From IMG/VR virus record IMGVR_UViG_3300035204_001594, positions 13,321-77,320 of that record: a DNA stretch of 64,000 nucleotides. One strand, 5' to 3'. A program made the position numbers and the translations under genes. This document shows, piece by piece, positions 8,958 to 18,671 of this stretch. The DNA is from a virus. The notes under the pieces are model-generated. The model was not told the DNA's origin. It searched no databases and was given only the letters and a program-made list of their open reading frames with translations. Within the stretch, counting starts at the first letter, position 1. Every line of letters begins with the position of its first letter.

Positions 8958-10099
8958 ATGGTTATTCCAAGGGTGTTTTCTATTAACTCTATGGTTTTAC
9001 TGAAGCCTAAATCGGCTGCATCACTTTTTGGAGGAAGATCTACTATGTAGCATCCTCCTTTAACTAACTTATTTAATGTGTACTGTGTCTGTGTGGGATC
9101 ATCCTCGCTCTCTCGGAGAAGTATAACCCTACCCTTACTAAAATGCTGAGCCAGTATGTCTATCTGAATGGGGCTTAATCGCATGCCGAAGGTGCACACA
9201 CCGCAAGGCCCTGAGGCCATTGCAGACAAGGGACCTTCGTTAACAAAGCAAAGTTTACCGTCTGTTAAAGCAGAGGCTCTTCCTACATTAAACACCGTAC
9301 TCTTAGCCATCATGCCTGGGGCCGTTAGGTATTTAGGTAGCAGTTCACATCCTTTAACAGAATCTTTAGGAACCTTATCCCATTTACTTATATCATCCGT
9401 ATACCTAAAGCCCCCTATCCACCGGGCCTGCCAACCTTGCCAAGACCCGTCTTTACCTAAATTAGGTAATATCAACCTATCTTCAGGTGTAACGTACCAC
9501 ACCTGACCAGAAGAATCCTTAACTGCAGTTTTCCAGTTACTGTAAGTGCAATAACTTGCCCCATAAATCTTTGATATAAACTGGGGGTCAAGTCCCCTAT
9601 AAGCGGTGTATAAAACAGCTGGGTGCTCTGGTTCCAATTCCGCTAAGTAACGTATGTGTTCAGGTTTGCCAGGCAGCTTCATGATTCTCGCAGGACGAGC
9701 CGCTGATTTATTTATATCAGACGGCTTAACCGGCTTTAAATCACCTAATAGTTTAGAGGCCTGTAAATGTTGATCTAAATCCTTCCAGTCGCAGTCTTCA
9801 TTAAAACACTTTACAAGCTGCTTTAGTACTAAGCCCGGCGCTAATTCTACATTCCACATATGACTAATATGCATCCTAAACCGGGTGTCCCCACACTTAG
9901 GGCAGCATACTGTATAGGTTTCCCCCCAGTCTCCGTACACCACATCGTATGGGTTAGAGGCTATCTGGATACTGGCGGCTCCGTGAAATATATTCTTTCG
10001 TGCTCGGATCCCCGACGCTATAGACTGTTTGGATATCTGAACCTCGTTGAAAACCTGTATAAGTTGTGAGTATAAGGCTTCGTTTAAGGGTTCTGCCAT
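8954..10099 (-). CDS. DNA primase (Zn finger + TOPRIM)
   Basis: CPKCGD...CFNEDC Zn ribbon, GWQAR, KYLT, FVNEGP, DAAD; adjacent to DnaB. Confidence 0.8.
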   Translation of the reverse strand: MAEPLNEALYSQLIQVFNEVQISKQSIASGIRARKNIFHGAASIQIASNPYDVVYGDWGETYTVCCPKCGDTRFRMHISHMWNVELAPGLVLKQLVKCFNEDCDWKDLDQHLQASKLLGDLKPVKPSDINKSAARPARIMKLPGKPEHIRYLAELEPEHPAVLYTAYRGLDPQFISKIYGASYCTYSNWKTAVKDSSGQVWYVTPEDRLILPNLGKDGSWQGWQARWIGGFRYTDDISKWDKVPKDSVKGCELLPKYLTAPGMMAKSTVFNVGRASALTDGKLCFVNEGPLSAMASGPCGVCTFGMRLSPIQIDILAQHFSKGRVILLRESEDDPTQTQYTLNKLVKGGCYIVDLPPKSDAADLGFSKTIELIENTLGITI

Positions 10100-10101
10100 A
10101 G

Positions 10102-11547
10102 TTAGTCCATATTCAATCGAGCGAACATATCAGAAAACTGAGATGTGTCTAAATCATTGCCTAAACCTGTTACGCCATCACAAGGCATCACTCCAGAACA
10201 ATCATGGGTTAGCGCAAATCCGTCAGCCATAACAAACCGGGATTTAGGGCCTTCCATTTTAATAAGATGCTTTCCAGTGGGGTCCCCGTTTCTTAACTTA
10301 GGAACTCCGCATATAGCTACATTGTGCTCTTTTTCGCGATTACTGACGGTAATAACCGTATCCATGTAGTGGTGAAGGGATCGACACTCAAACGCATCTG
10401 TAGGTTCCGGAACTTTTAGGGACCTAGAGGTTACGGCTTGAGTCCCCAGCTGGTGATATAACCAAATGTTTACACCAAGCTCTCCCCCAACCTTACGTAA
10501 ATCGTCAGATAGCTTAATCATAACTTGAGACTTATTGTTGTCTTTACTTCCTGAGGATGACATGTAATTATTTACCATGGGGCCAAACCAGTCTACACCT
10601 ACGTAACGAGGATTTTTACCTTCTCGTCTAACATCCTCTACTATAGACGCTATATCGCCAGGCCCCCCTATCCCGCCGTGCTGCTCCGCGTAGTCTAGCA
10701 TATCAATCACGTGTAGCTTTCCTTGTAGCTTCTCCCTAGCCTGTCTATACCTCTGTACAGTAGAGGAGCCCAGTTCATCTAAATTCTTACCCATAAATGT
10801 AGATATAGGTAAGCCGGTTGCAAAGGCGTAGATACGGTTATATACCGCTGGAAAAACATTTTGCTCATAAGATAGCATAATCGCATCTTCGCCATTCAGA
10901 GCGGCAGATGCAGCCATCTGAACATTAAGAAGTGTTTTACCCCCACCAGAGGGCGCTAATACTAAGGTTGTTTCGCCTGGTATGGATCCGCCTTGGGTAA
11001 TCCTGTCTACAAAGTCCACACCCCAAGCTTGTCGTTTAGGACCCCCCACCAGAGGGTCTTCAGTTTCAAACGGGTCGTAGATTTTAACTTTGGAAACAGA
11101 GGCGCCTTTGTAGGCGGTTTTTATATCCGCTAATCCTACCGACAAATCCGAGGCTACGGATAAATTTTGTATAGCCGGTCTTATTCGACGTTCATACAGA
11201 AATTCTTCTAATATTTTTAGTATAGAGTGTGTTTCATCCTCTGAATCGGGATTCACGTTATCGCTATACCCAAACTTAGCTACATGCTGAATGGTTTCAA
11301 ACTCTGCAGGTGTAACATACCCCTCATTTTTAAGCTCCAACAACTGGGTCTCGAAAAAGGGCTGCTTAATAGTGGTTCTATTTTGCTCATACCACTGGGT
11401 GGATATTAAAAGGATAATTTTTATATGATTTTCAGAAGGTAACAGTAGGTCATAAGATACCTTACCTATAGCCTGATTTAATACCCTAGGGTAGCGTAGT
11501 AGGCCTACTGTAAGCCAGAATAATTTTTCATTACTTATACCTGTCAA
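10102..11547 (-). CDS. dnaB: DnaB-like replicative helicase
   Basis: LAPSGGGKT, SYEQ, VGVDW, HQL, KLRNG. Confidence 0.85.
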   Translation of the reverse strand: MTGISNEKLFWLTVGLLRYPRVLNQAIGKVSYDLLLPSENHIKIILLISTQWYEQNRTTIKQPFFETQLLELKNEGYVTPAEFETIQHVAKFGYSDNVNPDSEDETHSILKILEEFLYERRIRPAIQNLSVASDLSVGLADIKTAYKGASVSKVKIYDPFETEDPLVGGPKRQAWGVDFVDRITQGGSIPGETTLVLAPSGGGKTLLNVQMAASAALNGEDAIMLSYEQNVFPAVYNRIYAFATGLPISTFMGKNLDELGSSTVQRYRQAREKLQGKLHVIDMLDYAEQHGGIGGPGDIASIVEDVRREGKNPRYVGVDWFGPMVNNYMSSSGSKDNNKSQVMIKLSDDLRKVGGELGVNIWLYHQLGTQAVTSRSLKVPEPTDAFECRSLHHYMDTVITVSNREKEHNVAICGVPKLRNGDPTGKHLIKMEGPKSRFVMADGFALTHDCSGVMPCDGVTGLGNDLDTSQFSDMFARLNMD

Positions 11548-11549
11548 TG

Positions 11550-12095
11550 TTAGTTTACCCAGTCTTTCAGTAGAGTTTGCATTTCGTGAAAATAATACGG
11601 CATTGTATCTGTAATCTTGGAAGCTAATTCTCGCCTATCCTCTGCCACAGGTACCTCTAATTTGTCAGCCATCTCTACCGCAAACACCGGATGAAACTCA
11701 TAGCGAGGGTCAAACAGTACATCCTTTGGCAGCGCGGGAGTGATCCCGTCCGCGGGGTTGAGTAAGCTTTTAAACCTATTTAACATTAGCTTCACGTGAA
11801 GAGCTACATCTTTTCTGATAGTAACAGGGGACCCCATTTGTACAAATGTGGTTAAGCTGCTTAGTAGTGTGTTTAAAAAGGGAAGTCCTGGAATAGCCTC
11901 TTTAAAACACCAGTCAAGGTAGTCGTCGGCATTAATATTCTCTTCATTAATCTTACTCGACACAAGAAACCATACATCTCTACCTCTATTATCAGCAGGT
12001 CGAGCCTTCCTAGTTATCGCTAACGCTACATCATCCCCTCTAAAGTAGGCTACCCTGTCGCAGTATTTTTGTTTAAACTCTGCGCTTGTGACCAT
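11550..12095 (-). CDS. Hypothetical protein
   Basis: 181 aa, TAATG-coupled to upstream gene. Confidence 0.65.
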   Translation of the reverse strand: MVTSAEFKQKYCDRVAYFRGDDVALAITRKARPADNRGRDVWFLVSSKINEENINADDYLDWCFKEAIPGLPFLNTLLSSLTTFVQMGSPVTIRKDVALHVKLMLNRFKSLLNPADGITPALPKDVLFDPRYEFHPVFAVEMADKLEVPVAEDRRELASKITDTMPYYFHEMQTLLKDWVN

Positions 12096-12433
12096 TACAA
12101 GATATTATCGTCATCTGATGTAAAGTCAAGATGTATCCTGAGTAAAGACGGATTTTCTAACAAACAATCCCTAGCTCCTTCTCCCGAACACTCAACTTCT
12201 GATACATCAACCTCAAAAGACGTCTGGCTCATACCAAGTGCAGTTAGTGCGTAATCCGCGGAGTACTCACCAAACACATCTTCAAGGAGGGAATTCTGGG
12301 CATCCCCACGCTTGGTTGGGTATAATTTAATTTCCTTATACGTAAATTTATCCGCACTATCGTGGGCAACCGTATCAAATAAGGGTTGTAATTGTTTATT
12401 TAAGTCATCGAAATTCGTGTTATAGTTCGACAT
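12095..12433 (-). CDS. Hypothetical acidic protein
   Basis: 112 aa in operon. Confidence 0.6.
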   Translation of the reverse strand: MSNYNTNFDDLNKQLQPLFDTVAHDSADKFTYKEIKLYPTKRGDAQNSLLEDVFGEYSADYALTALGMSQTSFEVDVSEVECSGEGARDCLLENPSLLRIHLDFTSDDDNIL

Positions 12434-13850
12434 GTTTTATAGTCCACCCCTTTGATTCATAGTTGCTAAGACGAGAACGAGCACGGCGAGCTGTCCACAC
12501 ATCAAATGTGTCAGTAAAATCCACTAACAATCCTCTGCTTTTACCTTCTGCCAATCTACACACACGGCCTGGCATTTGAACATCTTTAATAGTAGATGCA
12601 CCTCCGTCAGCCCGTATAATCACAGCAAGCTCAGGAAAATCGACACCCGTACTCCATATACTGGTAGCTATAACTCGTTTAACCTTACCCGCAGAGAAGT
12701 CGGTCTGTAGGGTCTCCACCTCTTTTTTAGTAATAGGGTCACCGTGGAGTAGCCCGTCGTTATGAAACTTTATAGCAGAGTCTTTAGACATAGGTCCGTG
12801 AGCTACCTGAAAATCGGGTAATTTCTGAAGTAAGCTTAAAGCATGTTCAACCTTGTCCACTAAAATTAGCATCTGAGGATCCTTTTCCTCAAGCTGAGGA
12901 GGTAAGAACTCATAAACTGTTTTAGCTATTAAGGTGTTACGAGCATCATTCTTCCAGTATCCGTGACGCTGACGGCCTATATCGTACGACATGTTTTGAA
13001 AGTAAGAACCTGTTTCTACTCCCTCAGCCCCTATAGCAAATACTTCTATAGGAACAACCAGTCCTAGGTCCACGCCGTCCTGATAATCAACCTTAATTAT
13101 CTTAGGGCCAAAAAACCCTTCTACAGCTAAGGCCGAATTATCTAATCTGTCGTCCGGGGTAGCTGAATAGGATATAAACTTACACCCCTTAAATTTTGGG
13201 TAAAACTGTAAAAATGAAGGTATTACTAGCTGGTGAACCTCGTCGAACTGGGCCACTTCTATTTTATCTAATTCAATATGCCCCATAGAACCTACGGTAC
13301 ATACTAAAGGATTGCCTTTTTTATGTATACCTGAGTTCCAGCATCCAGCGGAAGGGAATACGCTCGATAGGCGGTCGTAAAGCATGTTACACACACTTTT
13401 ACTTTTCGTGAACACCCCATGTACCTGATTAGGGTACATCTTTACAACCTTCTCTACCATAACGCCCTTACCAAACCCGGTAAGGGCGTCTACCACCCCA
13501 CAGCTACTAGAAGCCGTAGCCTCCAGTACCTTTAACTGCCCAGGGCGCAATTCCCCAAGATTCGACATGTCCGCCGGAGGAAGGGACATTTCAGCTACAA
13601 TCTTTGTAGTGTGGGGTACCTTTAAATCATCTAAAATACCCTTCACTCTCTGCTCAAATCCTCGGGGAAATAGTAAATAGCCGGAGTCGTCTGTGTATAA
13701 CTCTACCCGTTCCTGCTCGTATCGAACAGCCTTACCTGGTTCTCTTACCTGAACGGTTTTCATATAAACTAATTCATTTTTAACTTTATCGGAGTAAGTA
13801 CCCGGCGACAGGCGAATATACCTATCTATTATCTCTATAGTTGCAATCAC
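12420..13850 (-). CDS. Superfamily 2 helicase (UvsW-like)
   Basis: LRPGQ, TGFGKG, DEVH, SATP, STGVDFP, QMPGRVCR. Confidence 0.88.
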   Translation of the reverse strand: MIATIEIIDRYIRLSPGTYSDKVKNELVYMKTVQVREPGKAVRYEQERVELYTDDSGYLLFPRGFEQRVKGILDDLKVPHTTKIVAEMSLPPADMSNLGELRPGQLKVLEATASSSCGVVDALTGFGKGVMVEKVVKMYPNQVHGVFTKSKSVCNMLYDRLSSVFPSAGCWNSGIHKKGNPLVCTVGSMGHIELDKIEVAQFDEVHQLVIPSFLQFYPKFKGCKFISYSATPDDRLDNSALAVEGFFGPKIIKVDYQDGVDLGLVVPIEVFAIGAEGVETGSYFQNMSYDIGRQRHGYWKNDARNTLIAKTVYEFLPPQLEEKDPQMLILVDKVEHALSLLQKLPDFQVAHGPMSKDSAIKFHNDGLLHGDPITKKEVETLQTDFSAGKVKRVIATSIWSTGVDFPELAVIIRADGGASTIKDVQMPGRVCRLAEGKSRGLLVDFTDTFDVWTARRARSRLSNYESKGWTIKHVEL

Positions 13851-16018
13851 ATATAACCCTTTAAGTTTATTTGAACCTCACCGTAAGACGCTAGGGTCTC
13901 ACTGTGGGTAATTACAATGAACTGACGGTCAGTTCTTTTACTGATGGATACCAGTTTACTGAAAGTTTCAGCCACGTCTTTGGCGTTTTCTTCCTGCATA
14001 GATCCGGTAGGCTCATCTAAAGCCAACACACCTAGACTACTGGCGAATACATCGTTTACAGATAGTAAGTACGCTATGCTGACCTGCTGCTTCTGGCCAC
14101 CAGACAACCTACTAGCTCTGTGCTCTAGCCCATCTGATTTCTTCACCATAAATTGTAGATCGCTATCAACCCAAGCGCTGAAACTGGCGTCCACCATGGT
14201 TAAGTACTCGTCTAACTTAGCGTTAATTTCATTTAAATACTGAGCGGAGACCAATTTAGGGAGATTATTTTTATGTAGAATCTCTATAGCCTTCTCTAGC
14301 AACGAACGATACTGCTTAATAGGTTCTGCGGACGCTGCTCTATCTTGTAATATATCTAGCTTTTCCTGTGCTCTATTTAACTCCTCGGTTTTAGCTGAAA
14401 CGGCACCAAGTAGAGACGCGTGCTTTGTCTGTAAATCAACGATATGCGCTTGTTTGGACTCAAGCACCTTTAGTCGTGTGGCATCAGGCTCACCTGTTCC
14501 CCCCAATAGGTCAAGCGTACTGGTACCGTTAGTAATCCCAGAGTCGTAGGTTTGTAACCGGCTGTTAGCACTGCTTATGTTGCTCTCTAAGGTAGTCTTT
14601 GCCCTAACTAAGTCTTCGTGGCGGGTAATATCTTCATTGCACTTATCCGTCTCGTTCTGATCCACAGGACGGGCTTCTGCCAGCTGGGATACACGATCCT
14701 TGCATCTAGAGATATGTTCCTGTATTCGATTTACAGCTGAATTATGCCGTTCCTGCTCTAACTCGTAATCAGAAAACTCCTTTTGCTTTAAACTTACGGC
14801 GGTAAGAAGCTCTGTAATTTGGGTATAGACGAGGGTCAGTTCCGCCTCTTTCTCTTTAAGCTGAGGCAGGTCTACTTTATCAGTACGCTGACCGCACTCA
14901 GGACAGCAGCCTAGGTCGGCCAGCTTTATCTTCTTTTGAAGCTCTCTTAAAGACAGTTGAACATCCCCAGCTTTACCCCGCAATTCCTCTACCTGAGAGT
15001 CTGCGGGTTTGCTGCCCTCCGGAGCGACTGGCTCTATCAAGGAGCTTTTTCCTCGCTCATACTCCTCCAGTTCAGCCTTAGCTTCTGTTAGATCTTTCCA
15101 GGCCTGAATTCTATACTCAAGTGTCGCCAAAGACTCTTTTGCGGATGCGGCAGCTTGTTCGCTACTAGCCCATTTTGTTAAAATATCCTTTTCGTCCAGA
15201 CGCATCTGCTCTAAACGAGCTTCCATAGTAACTTTCTGGTCCTTAAAAGACTCTATCTCTGCTGCGACTCGCTGGTACTTAACCAAATTAGCCTCAGCCT
15301 CTTTTAATATAGCCACTTCGTTGTTTAGTGCTGAAATATCCGTACTCTCTACCTCCGCTTGAATTGTTTCCGCCTCATTTTCGCAAGTAGATCGCTCACT
15401 AAGTATTAGGTCTAGGTCCTTTTGAAGCAAATCGACTTCAGTACCTACATCGGGGACGGTATAGCTGGATAAGCTCTCCCGTAGTTTAGATCGAGATATT
15501 TCCATCTCATTAACCCTAGTGAGTACGTGGATAGTTTCCTGGAACTTCGCAGGGGTGGCGCTAGCCGGGTAGGTAATTTGATCTTGATCTATAATAAGAT
15601 GAGAATCAATTACCTTAGGCGATACAGGCAGCATCTTAAGCAAAAGCTCATTGGCCTCTCTGGCCGTATAGGCTTCTTCTATGATTTCACCTTCCTGAGT
15701 GGTAACCGCTATTCTAGGTATATCTAACTTCTTAAAGATTGCGTTATCCGCTAGGGGTTTGGTGATTTCTAGGATACGGCTGCCTAAGCTCCAACTAACG
15801 GTAAAGTAAGAGGGTTCTGCGCTGGGAGTACCCCAGGATACCCATGAGGAGCCGCTACCAGGAATATTGTTTGTTAAAGAAGACTTAATCATAGTGAGAA
15901 GTGTAGACTTCCCGCAGCCTATAGGCCCCGTAATTGTAGTTAATGTGTCTCCGAATAAAAACTCGAAGGAACCTTTCAATAGGCCTACGTTGGAGCCCTT
16001 AACTGATAATAGTTTCAT
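13847..16018 (-). CDS. sbcC: SbcC/Rad50/gp46-like SMC ATPase
   Basis: GPIGCGKST, coiled coils, CPECG zinc hook, LSGGQ, LDEP, ITH. Confidence 0.92.
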   Translation of the reverse strand: MKLLSVKGSNVGLLKGSFEFLFGDTLTTITGPIGCGKSTLLTMIKSSLTNNIPGSGSSWVSWGTPSAEPSYFTVSWSLGSRILEITKPLADNAIFKKLDIPRIAVTTQEGEIIEEAYTAREANELLLKMLPVSPKVIDSHLIIDQDQITYPASATPAKFQETIHVLTRVNEMEISRSKLRESLSSYTVPDVGTEVDLLQKDLDLILSERSTCENEAETIQAEVESTDISALNNEVAILKEAEANLVKYQRVAAEIESFKDQKVTMEARLEQMRLDEKDILTKWASSEQAAASAKESLATLEYRIQAWKDLTEAKAELEEYERGKSSLIEPVAPEGSKPADSQVEELRGKAGDVQLSLRELQKKIKLADLGCCPECGQRTDKVDLPQLKEKEAELTLVYTQITELLTAVSLKQKEFSDYELEQERHNSAVNRIQEHISRCKDRVSQLAEARPVDQNETDKCNEDITRHEDLVRAKTTLESNISSANSRLQTYDSGITNGTSTLDLLGGTGEPDATRLKVLESKQAHIVDLQTKHASLLGAVSAKTEELNRAQEKLDILQDRAASAEPIKQYRSLLEKAIEILHKNNLPKLVSAQYLNEINAKLDEYLTMVDASFSAWVDSDLQFMVKKSDGLEHRASRLSGGQKQQVSIAYLLSVNDVFASSLGVLALDEPTGSMQEENAKDVAETFSKLVSISKRTDRQFIVITHSETLASYGEVQINLKGYM

Positions 16019-16029
16019 GTACGTATATC

Positions 16030-16530
16030 CTAGCCCTTTTTCTGACGACCTCGACTGCGAATCTCTACCCCAGCTCGCCTCACAGTACTAGCCATACACG
16101 GTACGCTAACTCCGTATATTTCAGCCAAATCCTTCAGGGTTATCCCCTGGGAGTACTTCTCGGCAATCTCCTCCTCTAAACCGTACAGCTTAGGGGTGCG
16201 GCCTCTGATAGGCCGGGTGGTTTCCTTTACAGTAATTTTTTGAGTACTGGTATTACTATCATCCAGCTCAATCTCAATCTCAGTAACATGCCCTTGATTA
16301 GGCGTACCTTTCGGTTTGCCGTCAACTTCTTCTTTTGCCATATCGTTACTCTGCTGCACTGCGGTTTTCTGATCTATAGGTTCGACCGCCCGAGGTATAC
16401 CGTTTATTAAGGGGTTAGGGTCGGTAGACTTCTGCTTACGTTTGTACGTAGGCAGGTCGTCGTCCTCATCCGAATCCTTATTAACTTGAAGATGTAGGGG
16501 TTTAACATATTCGAACTCACCAACTTCCAT
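16030..16530 (-). CDS. Protein with C-terminal helix-turn-helix
   Basis: YSQGITLKDLAEIYGVSVPCMASTVRRAGV; acidic low-complexity N-terminus. Confidence 0.7.
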   Translation of the reverse strand: MEVGEFEYVKPLHLQVNKDSDEDDDLPTYKRKQKSTDPNPLINGIPRAVEPIDQKTAVQQSNDMAKEEVDGKPKGTPNQGHVTEIEIELDDSNTSTQKITVKETTRPIRGRTPKLYGLEEEIAEKYSQGITLKDLAEIYGVSVPCMASTVRRAGVEIRSRGRQKKG

Positions 16531-17627
16531 TATCCGACTCCTAGCTTTTTACGTAATTGTTCTGAGGCATGCTCTGCCCCAGACTCCAACACTTCGTTTA
16601 AAAAGGACCTTAAATCTTTATCCTCATCGCTAACAACATTTTTAACTATCTCTTTTGTGTCTACAATCCCTGACTCTAGAGATAACCTTTCCACTTCCAT
16701 AACTGTTCGTGAAGGTTTTAGTCTAACAAAAAGATGGGCGTTTTGCTTAAGAATTTCCAGCTCTTTATCAAAATTATCCTCTGCGTATATATCTACATGT
16801 ACTCGAGGCTTCTGTATGCCTGCGTACCCGGGGGTATCCGCTTTCAGCACCTCGGATAGCAGGGATGCCATATCCTTACCGTTATATATATTTGCCTTAA
16901 AAAAGGGCCTAGTCTGTAGAGGAACGTTGGTAACGGTTAAATCTGAGTCTATCCGAAAGAAGACTTTATCTGCGGGTTCATTAGACCTGTGCATCCACAT
17001 AGATCCTGGGTAATGGAAGTGAGTGGAATGCTCGGCTCCTACGAAGTGCATAGTTTGGTGAATGTCTCCCATAAGGCACAACTTACACTTACCGTCGAAC
17101 CAATTTAGGTCATAATCTCCTAAGTCTACCGCGGCCTCGGATAGGCCTAGTTCGGCCACAGCTTGGTCGGCGAATCCGTGAAGAATAAGTATATCTGAGT
17201 ACCGCTCATTACCGTTCGTACTCATCCATTCTTCCCACTCCCTTCTCGGCCGCCAGTTGTACCCTGTGACATCGAAGTCACCGAATAGAAAGGATTCCCC
17301 TTCTAGGTTGGTGGCCACACCGGCTTCTCCTCCCTCTAGCTCTAATCTACGGAATCCTCGTTCGTGGTTTCCGTCTATGTAGTACACAGGCGCTTGACAT
17401 TTTCTTAAAATTTGTCTTAATTTGATTACATGATCGTCTCCTATACGAGGGGAGTCCACTTGGTCTCCCCCTAGTATAAGAGCTTCACAAGGCACATCAG
17501 GAGAGTTACAGTAATCCACAACCTGCTCCAGGGCGACTAGATCGTCCCCCTTAAGCTCCTGGTTGTGTTTGTACACTGATTCTCTAGCCTGTAGGTCTGC
17601 GCAAAACACGAGACAGCTATTCGTCAT
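16530..17627 (-). CDS. sbcD: SbcD/Mre11/gp47-like metallophosphoesterase nuclease
   Basis: ADLQ, GGDQVD, GNHE, LHG, GDIH, YPGS; near SbcC. Confidence 0.85.
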   Translation of the reverse strand: MTNSCLVFCADLQARESVYKHNQELKGDDLVALEQVVDYCNSPDVPCEALILGGDQVDSPRIGDDHVIKLRQILRKCQAPVYYIDGNHERGFRRLELEGGEAGVATNLEGESFLFGDFDVTGYNWRPRREWEEWMSTNGNERYSDILILHGFADQAVAELGLSEAAVDLGDYDLNWFDGKCKLCLMGDIHQTMHFVGAEHSTHFHYPGSMWMHRSNEPADKVFFRIDSDLTVTNVPLQTRPFFKANIYNGKDMASLLSEVLKADTPGYAGIQKPRVHVDIYAEDNFDKELEILKQNAHLFVRLKPSRTVMEVERLSLESGIVDTKEIVKNVVSDEDKDLRSFLNEVLESGAEHASEQLRKKLGVG

Positions 17628-17935
17628 TCAAACGGTCCTATGAATTTTCGGGAGTATAAAACGAGGCTTACACAACAAGATACACACCAAGTTATAAGCC
17701 ATCGGTCAGGACCCCACACTAGAATAAGCGCAGGTACACTCACTGTAAGTAGTGATGTGTGGTAAGTTAAACAAATAGGGCAGGCAATGAGTCTTTTTAT
17801 AAAGGTATCGCTCATCTCTGCCCATGCGATTAAGTTTTCAAAAATAGAGGTGTGGTGTATGGTCCACACCATAAAATACGAAACGAGCCCGTATAAAAGC
17901 CCGTTTAAAAATAAACTGATTATTTCCATGTTCAC
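17624..17935 (-). CDS. Small membrane protein with CPxC (DUF1360-like)
   Basis: Three hydrophobic segments, LIACPICLTY. Confidence 0.6.
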   Translation of the reverse strand: MNMEIISLFLNGLLYGLVSYFMVWTIHHTSIFENLIAWAEMSDTFIKRLIACPICLTYHTSLLTVSVPALILVWGPDRWLITWCVSCCVSLVLYSRKFIGPFE

Positions 17936-17948
17936 TCTTTATTACTGA

Positions 17949-18095
17949 TTAGGATTGATTTAGTACCCTGCTGGCGGCGAACCCGCAAGCTAGGACACAA
18001 ACTAAGCCTAACCAAAACGATATGTAAAATACAAATACGGTGGTCCCCACTAAAAAGGCTAAATCTGAAAATGTAGATTGATCGTCACTGATCAC
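17949..18095 (-). CDS. 48-aa membrane peptide, not in ORF track
   Basis: GAGGAG RBS then GTG: MISDDQSTFSDLAFLVGTTVFVFYISFWLGLVCVLACGFAASRVLNQS. Confidence 0.6.
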   Translation of the reverse strand: MISDDQSTFSDLAFLVGTTVFVFYISFWLGLVCVLACGFAASRVLNQS

Positions 18096-18181
18096 GGTTC
18101 TCCTCATCTCGAACATATACCCAACACGAATAACGGTAAATTTTATGTCTAGGGGAGTTTTATAGGGGTTCTACGGGAGTT

Positions 18182-18427
18182 TTATAATAGTGGTTTTTGT
18201 TTTTTAGGATGAGCTTGGTCTGAGTCGCTATGGGCGGGCTCTCTTGGGTCTATAGGATCCGGTGTAATGGTAGTGCTTTCTTTCGTTTGGTACAGGGTGT
18301 CTAGATCCCCAACGCTCTTAACAGGCATATTACCTGTGGGTTCTGTTGAGGCGTCCGCACCCATCATATTCCTGCGTCTGAGGAATGCGTCCGGGCTTGT
18401 TGATTTTACTGAGTCGGGGGTTGTCAT
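18182..18427 (-). CDS. Hypothetical protein
   Basis: 81 aa, ATGA overlap with upstream ORF. Confidence 0.55.
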   Translation of the reverse strand: MTTPDSVKSTSPDAFLRRRNMMGADASTEPTGNMPVKSVGDLDTLYQTKESTTITPDPIDPREPAHSDSDQAHPKKQKPLL

Positions 18428-18645
18428 TGTGAGGAGTCATCCGATTCTGCTATGGGAGCCGATGTCTCGAGCTCCCGGGTTATAGAGGCTATCGCTACCG
18501 TAAAGCAGTCTTTACAGCACCGCATAATAGCCTCCATTATAGCACAGAGGTGTTTCCCCACGTATAATATAACTACTATTAACTGTAAAAGTAGTCTATA
18601 TAAAGTTGCTAAGTATTGAGTTTTGGTGGATAATTCTGTATCCAT
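18424..18645 (-). CDS. Hypothetical protein, one hydrophobic segment
   Basis: 73 aa, AGGAG upstream. Confidence 0.5.
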   Translation of the reverse strand: MDTELSTKTQYLATLYRLLLQLIVVILYVGKHLCAIMEAIMRCCKDCFTVAIASITRELETSAPIAESDDSSQ

Positions 18646-18671
18646 ATAGGTTATAGTTCTCCTAGGTATTT

